Assembly (NCBI GenBank): GCA_951406725.2
Contig: OX597826.1
Coordinates: 46,996,001-47,060,000, forward strand
Reading direction: 5' to 3'
DNA from: Octopus vulgaris
Lineage: Eukaryota
Length of the DNA stretch: 64,000 nt
This document shows positions 26,999 to 41,489 of the stretch, one piece after another. The position numbers and the translations under genes were made by a program. The notes beneath the pieces were generated by a model. It saw only the letters and a program-made list of their open reading frames with translations. It searched no databases and was not told the DNA's origin. Each line of letters opens with the position of its first letter. The stretch's first letter is position 1.

Positions 26999-27075
26999 TT
27001 CATCTGATGACGATGTATTTTTTTGTAATGTTCTCATTCTTCTATTTAAAAAGAGTAAGAAACAGCCGTGATGAG
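26999..27075 (+). ncRNA. Hammerhead-like motif, mutated copy
   Basis: UUCAU-CUGAUGA-(48 nt)-GAAA-CAGCCG-UG-AUGAG; stem III and the cleavage triplet carry substitutions. Confidence 0.5.
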
Positions 27076-27784
27076 CTGACAATTATCCATCGTCTGTTAT
27101 TATTCACTGGAGTATATATATATATATATATATGGTGTGTGTATGTATTAGATCTTGTGAGTGTACGTATATATATGCTCGATTGTCTAAAGATATGTGA
27201 ATACATTGCTAAAATTTTGTACGTATTGATGTCTGTGTGTGTGTGCGATTAGTTATATTTTGCGTATTTTACGTATATCCACTCTCATAAATGTATATGC
27301 AAGTATACTTTTGTGGAAAATTTTTAATGTTTCTTTTATGTTTTTCATTGCATGGCTGGTGAAATATATTTAAAAAGAAAAAGAATATCAGAGAGCAAAG
27401 AATAGAAGATAGAGGAATAAAATTTATGTGAATTATATCTAAGATAGCTAAAACAAAATTATTTAGAGACTCTTTGAAAAATGCTTATAACAAAAATAAT
27501 TTTTAGGACCCATGCAGAGATAATATAGCTTTCGACTGGTCTTTATATTGTTTAATAGACAACATAAATCCTGGTTGTGTGTAGATCTTTATCAAGATTT
27601 TAATACAACGAATGTCTATTTGCTACCGTTACATTGACGTCAATCACAGAGCATTGCAATATTTGAAATGTGGGAATTCTCTCTAAAACAGAGCAGAATG
27701 TAATCTCATGTTTAAATATGTAAATGTATTTCGGTCATAGCTGAATGTTCGGGATGAAACGAAGAAGCGTAAACTAATAAATTA

Positions 27785-27785
<1 letters not shown>

Positions 27786-27848
<63 letters not shown>

Positions 27849-28000
27849 CACACACACACACACGCACACAAAACACACACAGGCATACATGTACAAGCAC
27901 AAAAAACGAAATCACTCAGAATGACATATACGCGCATGCAAAAAAGCGAATTCACACATACACAGACATGCACAGAGACAATTACACACAAGCACTCACA

Positions 28001-28059
<59 letters not shown>

Positions 28060-28177
28060 ACACTCACACACAGAAACATACGCAGAAACACACATACATG
28101 CGTACAGAAGTAAACATGAATAGAAATGCATGTATATGTGTCTGTGTGTGTGTTTGTATGTGTGTGTGACTATGCCT

Positions 28178-28220
<43 letters not shown>

Positions 28221-28248
28221 TAAATGTGCGTATATTTATTTGTTATGC

Positions 28249-28305
<57 letters not shown>
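27786..28305. repeat. (CA)n and (TA)n microsatellite cluster
   Basis: Direct reading. Confidence 0.95.
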
Positions 28306-28310
<5 letters not shown>

Positions 28311-28813
28311 AGCCAAACACATATAATACAATAGTTTTAGATATAATGTCAAAGAACACAAAAACCTTGCTGGGAAACAGTAGTAGCATATAGGAATAAA
28401 AATGATTTCCCATTTCAACAAAAAGCATTATTGTCTCGGTCAGTTAGTCGAGAGCTTTTAAATAATAAAACAAACAGCGCACAACGACGGGGAATGCATC
28501 TATAGAGATTTGGAAGATAAATCAAATAGATATTTGTTGAGAATGTGTCGTGTGCTGCATTTATCAGGGAAATATCTTCACAGCTTCACTATAAATGATT
28601 GAGAACAAAGAGAACCACACTTCAAAAGTTAGAAGTAGAAATATGGCGTCATCATGACATGAATATTAAACTGAAATTTGTCATTTCTTTTATTTGTTTT
28701 TTTTTTTCTTTATATAGACACATACGTGAACTTTTTTTTTTTTTTGCTTTGTTTTGTTTTAGAGTGTTTGTTATCTGTAGTGTTTGCTATTTTAGTTTTA
28801 ACAGTAAAAAAAT

Positions 28814-28850
<37 letters not shown>

Positions 28851-29072
28851 ACAACAATAACAACAACAACAACAAGACAACAAAATATCCATATGTTTAA
28901 ATGTGTTAAATATCAGGGTCAGACATTCGAACGATAACCAAAATATATACTAACAATTGTGTTTGTTTTGACTGTTGGTATAACTCTATTAAAAAGGAAA
29001 AGGAAAAAAAAAATCGTGAATATATTTCTGTTGCATTTCATTTAGCGGAAACTGAAACAGGAAACTGGAAAC

Positions 29073-29196
<124 letters not shown>

Positions 29197-30798
29197 AAAA
29201 CTAAAGGAATACCTTTCTCAATGTACATTCAGTATGATAATATCTATTTAAAATAGCAAATATTTAGCAATGCTATTAGTTGACACAATGAAATAATCAG
29301 TGTACATTGATGATATTAATCTTATCGATCCAGAGATCCCAGTGAAAAGGTAATGATATAATAGAGCTATATTTTCACATGAGATATGAGGCCCATTTTT
29401 GTAACGGACTTGTATCAAATGTGATATCAGTGTCGTTCTGGCATATATTTTAGCAACCCAACAGCAGTAATAAAAGGCAAAATACGATTTCATTTCTAAT
29501 TTGCTACATCCTGTTGTTGAGTTCAAATAATTCTAATGCTGAAATTTATTATTTATTATTCATTTCTGGGGTGTGTGTGAAGAGTATAAAATATGTGCCA
29601 GGAAGTTTACTGGAAAAAGAAAATGTTTGATCCCGTTTCAATTGGCGATTAGCAAAAATGCTAGTTGTAGCGGGATTTAAAACAAATAGTAAACCTTTTA
29701 TTTCAATCATCAAATTAAAAGGAGAAAACTTCGCTTGTATTTCTGTACTTTATTTGTGCAATCTACAAATCTGTGAAATTGCTATGTGTGGGATATTACA
29801 GAACATCACATAGCTGGTAGCGGGAAATTGAATCCAAAACGAAGATAGTCTACTGTAAATAGCAAAATTTCATCATTTGATAACCAAAGGAGAGTCTCTT
29901 AAAATATATTGTTGAGACACCTAATGGCATTGCAATCGTAAAGATAGATGGCTTCTTCTGGTACACATACACACAGAGGACTGGAATATTACTGTTTGTT
30001 TCTCATTTCCACTATGATAATTATTAGGTCGAATATACTCTGTGTGCTTATGACTGCCTCACAGTCATAATCAAAGAATATTCAGTAAACGTCAGTAAAC
30101 GTAGTCTACCTGTGATATTAGCCAAACAAAGCAACGCATTGGAAGTGTTTATTGGATAGAAATATGGTACAGCTGAATCGAAAGACAGAATTTTCGATAA
30201 ATCCTATAATTATGCAGAGGTATATATAATCACACAAATACGTCTACGTAATTATCCGCCTTTATTTCTTCATCTTGGTGTTCTCATTGCGGCACAGGTC
30301 ATGCTGGATGAGAGAGCACATTGAGGACAGCATTAAGCTGTTGTAAATTATGCGGATCTAGAGAAACAGAAATCTTAAAACTTATTCTTGTTTCTAGTTG
30401 GGTTAGTGACCGATGAAAGCTGGTGTCATGTGCTTTTAGAAATGTAATATATAACCACCGGTCATTAGAAAATAGTGTAAACAAATATATGAAGCACAGA
30501 GTTGAAACATTTTTTAAATTTTGGAGACGTTTCAGAATTTTTGAAACATTTTAAATTTTAGAGACGTTTTGAATTTTGGAGATGTTAAATGTCATATTAT
30601 TAAAAAAAAAAAACATTATTCGGTTTCACAGACATAAAATATACTTTATTAGATAAACTAATCAGGTTAGTTAAACCCAATGCAGTAACTAACGAACTAA
30701 CTAACTTACTAACCAATTTTCGAGCTATTTACATACCTATGTGTCTATGTCTCTATCTATTGATACACACATATATATATAGGTGTATATATATATAT

Positions 30799-30881
<83 letters not shown>

Positions 30882-31014
30882 ATTCATACATACATATATA
30901 AATAGTGAACGTGGCTTATTTGCAATTAACAACCGAAAGGCAGAAGTATATGAATTGTTTTGACTCTGATTTCTAGCTATACTGCTGCTGACTGGTGCCC
31001 TTAGTCACGTTAGT

Positions 31015-31061
<47 letters not shown>

Positions 31062-31482
31062 TTTTGTGTGTGCGTGTTCGTATGTGTGTGTACAAAGAAA
31101 TACACAAGCAAGCATACTTAAATGTGTATGTACGTGTACGTATTCCAGGGTGCAAAAGAGTGAAACAGAGGTAAACATGGAAACAGAGTTTACTGCCAGA
31201 ACACTTGTCAATCTCTCTGCCGATAAAGAAAGTTTACTCGTTGTACACCCTCAGTGTTTTGGCTGCATGGAATACAAAGGGGGTTGCTTAGGCTCATAAA
31301 TTCCTCGAAAACTAATTCCGGTACACTTGCGCGTGCGCATACTCTCACACACATATATGAGCGCACATATATTTATATAAATATGCATATATATACATAT
31401 ATATATCTATACATGATTATACATTATATGTATAATCATATAGTATACATATATATATTAAAATGGTTTGTATATGTATGTG

Positions 31483-31531
<49 letters not shown>

Positions 31532-31932
31532 ATTTCTAAATGTCAGACCATATATAACTTCTATTGACACGGTATCAAACTTTTTATTCATGGCATTGAA
31601 AACATAACTAGTGTTCTTCCTGACATGCCACGCAAAAGAGCTTCGCAAAAGAACCTTCATGAATATCCCTGTTGCAAAGGCTGCTCCAGATCCGCTCGGA
31701 AATATCTGATAATTGTACGCTTTTAATCCTTACACGAAACTGACAGCAATGTGCTGTATAAAGTTCATTCGACTGTATTTAAAATTGATCATTTCTATTG
31801 CACATATTGTATAGTTCTCTTTTGAAACATGAAACTTACTCTATTGCATGCATACATACATACATACATACATACACACACACATACATACATACATACA
31901 TACATACATACATACATACATACATACATACA

Positions 31933-31963
<31 letters not shown>

Positions 31964-31979
31964 CTCTCTATATATATAT

Positions 31980-32330
31980 ATCAAAGGATTTTTTGCGTTA
32001 TAAGATAAAAAACTAAGGCTGTGTAGATATTAGAACATTTATAGACAGAAGGTCTTACAGCTGTTTCCAGGATATTTATTAATTATATCCCTTCATCGGA
32101 TTCGGTGTCAGAGGATGGTTAAGTAATAATTAATTTAGATAGGATACAAAATAGAGAGTGAGGTAGAGAAAAGAAAATAGATGTGAGATATGTAGGGATA
32201 TTGAATTTGTAGATCCATTTTTGTGGGGTGGGGTGGCAGAATGGTATATATGTAAGATTCCAATACCTTATGAGAAAAATCCAACAGTATTTAAAATTGT
32301 TCATTCGAAGTATAGAGTTTATACACAATG
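31980..32330 (-). mobile_element. Penelope-like fragment with hammerhead-like motif at 32051-32103
   Basis: Minus strand CCGAUGA-AGGGAUAU-aauuaauaa-AUAUCCUG-GAAA-CAGCUG-UA-AGACC, with one core substitution (CUGAUGA to CCGAUGA). Flanked by (TA)n on both sides. Confidence 0.65.
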
Positions 32331-32754
32331 TATATATATATATATATATGTGTGTGTGTGGGGGTATATGTATATATATATATATATATGTGTGTGGCGT
32401 GCGTATCTGTATAACCATGTGTCAATGTATGATCGTTTGCACTTCGACTAATAAGATTAAAGAAATTACTCAATATATTAATGATTTTTTTCCACTTATT
32501 CTATGTTTGGCTTCGCGGTGTCCCTACTCAGTTTCATGCTTCTCCCGTCAACATTTGTAACGTTCGTAACACCATTCTATGAGTTACTCTCATAGAGATA
32601 CTCTACACCCGTCATCGATGATAGTTTAACACCCTTTTATTGCCTTAGTATTCTATTTCCATTTTACTCCTCTATTTTTTCATTCTCTTTTGTATGATAT
32701 CAATATGCAACGTACACATTTGCTATTATAAACAGAGATTATGCTTTACAACAT

Positions 32755-33610
<856 letters not shown>

Positions 33611-34472
33611 GTGCAGTTTTCATTATTAATAATTTAGTACACCATCATTTATATTTATTTTCATTTCTCAGATAATCCAACTTTGTTCACAGTATTGATT
33701 TTTATTTTAACTTCCGGGTTTGCAGCATTTTCCGCCAGGAGTCTAATATATAATACACATGTACTTCCGGCCGTGTAAAAGACGACAAATCAAGAAGAAA
33801 AGATGTATTTTTACCTGGTACCTGCCTCAAAATTGATGCAGGCATCAGAACATCCTTCGATTGTTTTGCTTCTTTCTAATGTTAACTTTTAAAACGTTTA
33901 GTTTCCATTTTTACCGCTTTTATCTATTAACACAACAAATGTCACGCACGCGTATATGTGTGCGTGTGTGTATGTGTTTGTGTGTGTATGTGTTTGTGTG
34001 TGTACATTTTTAATGCATATATATATATATATATATATGTTAAAATAAAAAGTGTCATATTACACTATATATATATATATGGACAGACACATTGTGTATC
34101 TGGGTATATGTGAATGAAAACCAAGTTTAATTATAAACAATACAATCGCAAAATCGTTGAAAGTATATGTGTAGCGTAATGATATTATACACAAGGATTT
34201 CAACTGTATACATATATATACATGTATTGCAAATTATAGACCTAGAGACCTCCGCAATTATATGTAAATATGTATCTACCTCTAAAACGTGTTTCTATGT
34301 CTATGGAAGCAATCACAATTGTAAAACACTGCATCCATCATGGACATACATACGTAGCCTGTTTATAATGCAAGTGTGTACGTATTTATGCATGTATGTA
34401 TGCATGTATGTACGTATTTATGCATGTATAAATCTGTCTGTTTGAATCTGTCTGTCTGTCTGTCTGTCTGTG

Positions 34473-34505
<33 letters not shown>

Positions 34506-34592
34506 TTATATATATATATATATGTATTTACACAGATAAAGACATAGGCACGTGCATAGATAGGTAAATAGAAAATTTGTTATAAATAAATA

Positions 34593-34638
<46 letters not shown>

Positions 34639-34765
34639 TAAATTAGAGATAAAACCACTATTAGGCAAATCAAACAATGAAAAACTTAAGCCAATACATA
34701 AAATTAATTAATTTATTATTTTAAATATATATCAAAAGTATTAAAAGTTTAATAAAAGATAATGA

Positions 34766-34808
<43 letters not shown>

Positions 34809-35240
34809 TACATGCGTACGTAAATATATATATATATATTTACATACATGCATGCATAAATGTGTGTGTATGTATGTGTGTGTGTGTTTGCCTGTGTGTG
34901 TGTTTGCCTGTGTGTGTATAGTTTGAAACTACATGTGCGCAGTACTTTGAGGTCATCATCAATAAAACCTTACAAAATTAGATTTTAAACTTGTATTGAG
35001 TACTTTATTCCTCGGCGAATGAGGAATCCAGTGCACCCCTCCCCCACATATATAACAATTATTTAATATACATGTAGTGTATGTGTACGTCCCCCTGCAT
35101 CACCGTCTCTCTCTCTCTCTCACTCTATATATACGTGTGTGTGCATATGTATGCATACGCAGGCACACGCACATTCATAATTTTAGACACGCATACATAT
35201 ACATATATATTCATAGTTGTATACATGGACACACACACAC

Positions 35241-35319
<79 letters not shown>

Positions 35320-36286
35320 TATCTCTAGGTATATAAATACATATATGCGTGCATTTATGTCTTCTAACTGTTTAACTCGAAGTATATAGAAGCAATGACG
35401 TTCATGCCTTTCAGCGCATTTAAATGATGCAAATCGACATTTATTTGAACCAGTGTCTTTTCATTCTTGAATAAATATTTCAAAAGAAAATTCATTATTT
35501 TCCCAGTATGACTTCCTGCATGTATCTTATGTAATTAATTTCTCTTTATCTCTTAAATATTCTAGTCTCTTCCACGAAAACAAATTGTTTTAATATTCAT
35601 TATTCATTCAATTTTCCACACGTTTACCCCGATTTATTTGCCATTTCGTATAGAATACTCCCATCGTACGATATAACCTGTTAATCTTATACTGTAGAAT
35701 CAACTTTAATATATAGGTTAACATATCTCCAGTCTGTTTGCACTTACTTCTATTTATATTTATCTTCCATATTGTTTTATTCACCGAAACATCGTCAGTC
35801 CTTCATTACTTCACTATTTAAACATCTTTCATTCTACAGTCCCCCTTTTCTTATGTTGTACATTGTAAGATTTCCGTGTATTTATTTGTACTGTTCTCTT
35901 CTCTTCTTCCCTTGTTAACATCATTTGTGTTATTGGGTGGTCTTCGTTTTGGTTCATATCTACACTGCTCCACCTATTCTCACAAATATCTGCTGAATGT
36001 TAGCTTTTGTAATGTCCTTCTGGTGAAGAGTCATCATCATTTGTCGTCACAGCTGGAAAATATAAGTCAATTGAAGACAGTTAAGTTTAAGGATATAACA
36101 ACATAACAATGGCTTTCCTCTGTTATCTCAATGATTCGTATAAGGACATTGGCACATGCACATCATGCAAATGTATTTCCATATGTGCGGAATACACATG
36201 TTGAAACATATACAAACTTATAGATATACAGACACATGCGCGTTTATATAATATACATTCTGAATTTTATATATGTTTCTCTTTAT

Positions 36287-36605
36287 TGTGGCACTCCGTC
36301 TGTTACGACGACGTGGGTTCAAGTTGATCCGATCAACGGAAGCAGCCTGCTCCTGAAATTAACGGACAAGTGGCTGAGCACTCCATAGACACGTGTACCT
36401 TTAACGTAGTTCTCGGGGAGATTCAGCATGACACAGAGTGTGACAAGTCTGACCCTTTGAAATACAGGTACAGCAGAAACACGAAGAAAAAGTGAGAGAA
36501 AGTTGTGGCAAATGAGTACTGCAGGGGCCGCCACCCACCCCACTGCCAGACCCTCGTGGAACTTTAGGTTTTTTCGCTCAATAAAGACACACAACGCCCG
36601 GTCTG
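36287..36605 (-). mobile_element. 5'-truncated SINE with a family C body and a different tail
   Basis: Minus strand begins CAGACCGGGCGTTGTGTGTCTTTATTGAGCG (cf. 6354 CAGACCGGGCGATATGTGTGTTTATGAGCG) and shares CAACTTTCTCTCACT. It ends in ..ACACGTGTCTATGGAGTGCTCAGCCAC..GACGGAGTGCCAC. Confidence 0.8.
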
Positions 36606-36655
36606 TATGTGTGTGTGTATATGACACTGTGTGAATAAGTGAATTATATACATAT

Positions 36656-36737
36656 AGGGTAAGTGTCTTCTACAATAGCCTCGGGCCGACCAAAGCCATT
36701 TGAGTGAATTTGGTAAACGGAAACTGAAAGAAGATCG

Positions 36738-36815
<78 letters not shown>

Positions 36816-37035
36816 GTGTGTGTTTGTTTGTGTTTGTCCCCGCAACATCGCTTGACAACCGATGCTGGTGTGTTTACTCGTCTGCAACTTAGGTGTTTGG
36901 CAAATGAGACCGATAGAATAAGTACTAGGCTTAAAAAGAATAATTCCTGGGTTCGATTTGCTCGACTAAAGGTGGTGTTCCAGCATGGCCGCAGTCAAAT
37001 GACTGAAACAAGTAAAAGAGTAAAAGAGTAAAGAG
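36656..37035 (+). mobile_element. 5'-truncated family B SINE with expanded internal (TA)n
   Basis: B consensus from AAGTGTCTTCTACAATAGCC to ACTGAAACAAGTAAAAGAGTAAAAGAG. Confidence 0.92.
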
Positions 37036-37084
<49 letters not shown>

Positions 37085-37103
37085 ATATATATATATATAT
37101 GTG

Positions 37104-37203
<100 letters not shown>

Positions 37204-37547
37204 CATAAACCTTTATTATACAGTTTGAGCGGGACAGGCAGACCGAGATATATGTATGTATGTACCGTGTATGTATTCACTATTACAAAGATATCCAATT
37301 ATTTTCATGGGTTTGTATAAATTTCTGGCATGTAAATTTACTTGACATTGCAAGTAAAATATGTAAGGGAAATTCACACTCAAATAAATCAAATAATCCG
37401 AGGAACGTGACTGTAAGAGGATTTTACATATTACTTCTTACTCTTTTTTAACGTTCCTATTAAATGTTAATGTATGATCAGATACAGTTAAATTAATTAT
37501 TTGAAATATTATTCAATGAAAAAAAAATTTACAGAACAGAGAACGCT

Positions 37548-37616
<69 letters not shown>

Positions 37617-39203
37617 TTCTTTGAATAGCTTAGGTTAGAAGTTGAAAATATAGATATTGTATAAAGTGTGACATTGCTTCATATATTGTCATACAGCCGT
37701 GTAAAACGTTTTGTAATTGGTCGAATCATACTAGAAATAAACAAATACGTATCCTATTGGTTAGTGAATTCGGCTCAATTTCTGGAGTGGACGGCACCTT
37801 TTGTCATTTATTATGGTACTTGAGTTCACGTTACACCAGTCTATATAGCCCTTAAATGAGTCCCAGCTAACTGCTCTGCTCTGGTTATTCGGCTTGGTCA
37901 ATGGGTAGAGTGTTGTGAGGATGTCTATATTTGCTCGCAGCTATAAATACACATTTAAAACAACTAGCATACAAGCTATCAAGCCGCGTACAAGTTATCA
38001 TGTCATGCTCGCTTACAAGTAACGGTGAAAACAATTTAAGCCAAGTATTTCCTTATTAATACATACATGTAATACCCGTATACAGACAAGAAACAAATCC
38101 CAACCTATCATCTTAAAATTCTTCTCTCGGAAATTTGGCCCTGTGTTTCTTGCATACTGTAAAATGTCGGAAGTGTTAGAGCTGCTTTCGGCTGCCATCA
38201 AAATCTGCTATTGACATCTGTTCCTTCAAAGATGTCATCTTTGACCACTGAACAGGCGTTTATAATGTATATCTTATGGTGGCAGTAGAGGTAGTGGTGG
38301 TGGTTGTGGTAGTGGTATTGGTGATGTTTATGGTGTTAGTAGTAGTAGTAGTAGTTGCAGCACCAAAAGCAGCAACAGCAGCAAAAGCTGTAGCAGATTG
38401 AGAAAGGAAGAGGTGATAGATGAATAAGGGAAAACTTGGTAGTGGGATGATGGAAATTGTACGGTAAAAAAATGAAACAGCGTTTCAACTCTGTGTGAAT
38501 ATGTGTATGTGTATATAAAAAGGAGGTACGTAAATGTTTGTGTGTGTGTGCGTGTGTGTGTGTGCGTGTGTGTGAGTGTGTGTGCATTGGAAGTGGGGTG
38601 GTGAACATTCAACATTGAAAAGAAAATCAAACAACGTTTCACCTCTGTGTTAGTATATGTGTGTATGAGTGTGCGGGTATAAGGGAAGTATGTGAATGTC
38701 TGTATGTGAACCAGCGTTCTTTCAGTAACAAACAATGATCAATTTCACATCTCAAAATACAACCACTAGATAACATTGAGACGTATATGAATTTGAGTTA
38801 CCATCCATATTCTATCTTTTGTACTTATTCATATATAAAATACTACAATTAGCCGTCATACATACATCTTTACATACTTGCATGGGAAATTTTCACTAGG
38901 CGGTTTCTGGATCGAGCACGCACATTGCAGTCACATGTATACATGGAATACTCACGTGCACACACACACACACACATACATACACATACTTGCATAAGAA
39001 ATAATGCACCACTCACACATGTATTCTCCAATAACGTGCACATCCATTACACGAGGATAGGTTTATTCCCAGACACCTACAAACGCATGAACCGACTAAA
39101 TTAAGATATCCACCATCCAAAAAGCTGGTTTGATTTAAGCATAAAATCCTGAGTAACTTGAATTCTGAAAAGGAAAAATAAAGTTTAAATTCTTAAGAAA
39201 AAT

Positions 39204-39535
39204 ACCTACGTGCCTGCCTGCCTACCTACCTACCTACCTACCTACCTACCTACCTACCTACCTACCTACCTACCTACCTACCTACCTATCTACCTACCTA
39301 CCTACATACCTACCTACCTACCTACCTACCTACCTACCTACCTACCTACCTACCTACCTACCTACCTATCTACCTACCTATCTAACTACCTACCTACCTA
39401 CCTACCTACCTATGTATATACATATATCCATCTATTCACTCACCCATCTATCCATCCATCCATCCATCCACCCATCCATCAATCCATCCATACATACATA
39501 CATACATACATACATACATACATACATACATACAC
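39204..39535. repeat. Tetranucleotide array (CCTG)(CCTA)n(CCAT)n(CATA)n
   Basis: Direct reading. Confidence 0.95.
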
Positions 39536-40069
39536 AAAGGCATGCATGATGTCGCAGGCAAATCATGGTATAAGTCAATCTCTCGATAGTTCTGGATTCT
39601 ATTTAGTGAATTCAATATGCAGAGTAATCAAAACAGAAGACTAGAAGAAAGGATTAGGTTAATTTTTAATTCTTTTTTACACGTATTTCATTACAACAGG
39701 AGTCACATGTATGCCTTTTGTGACTCCTATCCTGTTATAAACTACGTCAAACATGTACTTAAAAATATACTAAATTTTCCAGTCTTCTGTTTTGATATAT
39801 TTACATATATATGTGTATATATTAATATATATATGTATATTTACAAATACATATACTGAGACTTAAACAATATAATAAAGTACTTGATTATTTTAGAACA
39901 CTGATTTTTTGATACTGTAAAATTGTATACTTGACGCCTATATATATATTCAAATATTACAATATGTATATTTATAATTATATTTTTATCTATTGTATTT
40001 TAAATTGTTTTCACACTTAACCATGTCTATCTATATGTGTGTGTGTTTAAAGCTACATGTACACATAAA

Positions 40070-40123
<54 letters not shown>

Positions 40124-41306
40124 ATAGAGCACTCAGTATTAAACTCAGAATTAAACTACGTTTTTTATAATTAAACGTTATAACTTTGTAGAGTCTCACT
40201 CATCAGTTTTCATCAGGACATCCGTCATCCTTTAATTTCTGAACGAAGATTTGTGTGGTTGCCGAAGTTAGCCATTAAGTACTTCCGTTAGAGGGAAATG
40301 TAGAGTAGCTTGAATTACTGAAGAAAAAATTATATAACAACTCCTTATTCTTTTGAAACGTTGACAAGTGTAATGCAACAAAGTTTGTAAACTAGGTCTG
40401 TTGTTGAATGAGACAAGGTTAACACTCGACATCAGCTGGAAAATTAGGGAGAACAGTAGGGATCCTACATAATGCCTAGAAAAATTGTAGCCTCTGCATA
40501 TTTGGTTATAGTTTTTTTTTCTTTGCTATTGTTACATCCTTGGTTTATACATGAACGCTAAAACAGATTCATTCAACAACTGCGCACATCAGTAGAAATT
40601 TTTCCTCCGGCACGAAACACACTGACACTAAAATCCGCCATTTATCGTCCCTGATCGTGGGAAAGCGTCTCACGAATCAAATTACCCTTCTAAAGCTTAA
40701 ATATTCCCCTTTTTTAGAAATAAAAAAAGTTCTTCAGCTCATTACACACTATCTTTCTGTCTTTTATTCCTTCGTACTTAATTGAATGCTTCTTGGTTTA
40801 ACAATTCATTCCTTAACATTTGTCTGTCGTTCCCTTTCTTCTCTATTATATATGTAATAGTATATATATTTATATATATATATATATACGTATGGATGTA
40901 GATATATATATTTATATATGTATGTACATACGTATGTTTGTGCATGTATTTATATATATATATATATAATATATATATATGCGTGTGTGGTTCTTTACTT
41001 GTCCGAGTATTTTGTACTAGGTACATATATATCTATATTTACATATAAAATTATAACACTGCGTTTGAAGTATCATAGATCTTGCCCCTCCATGTATGTA
41101 TATTTATACAGAGAGTGAGAGACAGAGGACGAGAGAGAGAGAAAGAGAGAAAGATGGGAATGTAGATACGTATATACACTTATTAATACGTGCAATCATG
41201 TTTATCTAAACAAATATACATAATGCATATATTTTTGTAGTTATATATTTCTATTAATGTGTTTATCTAGATTGTTGTGGGTATATGTCTATATATTCAA
41301 ACACGT

Positions 41307-41362
<56 letters not shown>

Positions 41363-41453
41363 ATTAATACATACACGCACACCAATAGACACATAAATAC
41401 ATACACACACACAAACACACACATACACACATAAACAGACGAAAAATAAACTG

Positions 41454-41489
<36 letters not shown>

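Larger units (their letters stand above)
26731..27105. mobile_element. ~375-bp palindrome made of two inverted Penelope-pLTR-like units
   Basis: Arms 26731-26902 and 26945-27105 are reverse complements along their whole length (e.g. ATAATAACAGACGATGCATAATTGTCAG vs CTGACAATTATCCATCGTCTGTTATTAT), with a ~42-bp spacer. Confidence 0.85.

Noticed and set aside
31436-31730. Minus-strand open frame (..IFPSGSGAAFATGIFMKVLLRSSFAWHVRK..)
   Set aside because: Runs into a microsatellite, has no donor site and no recognisable motif.
40170-40225. Two CTGATGA motifs on the minus strand
   Set aside because: No downstream GAAA, stem III or cleavage triplet in register; at most a decayed relic.
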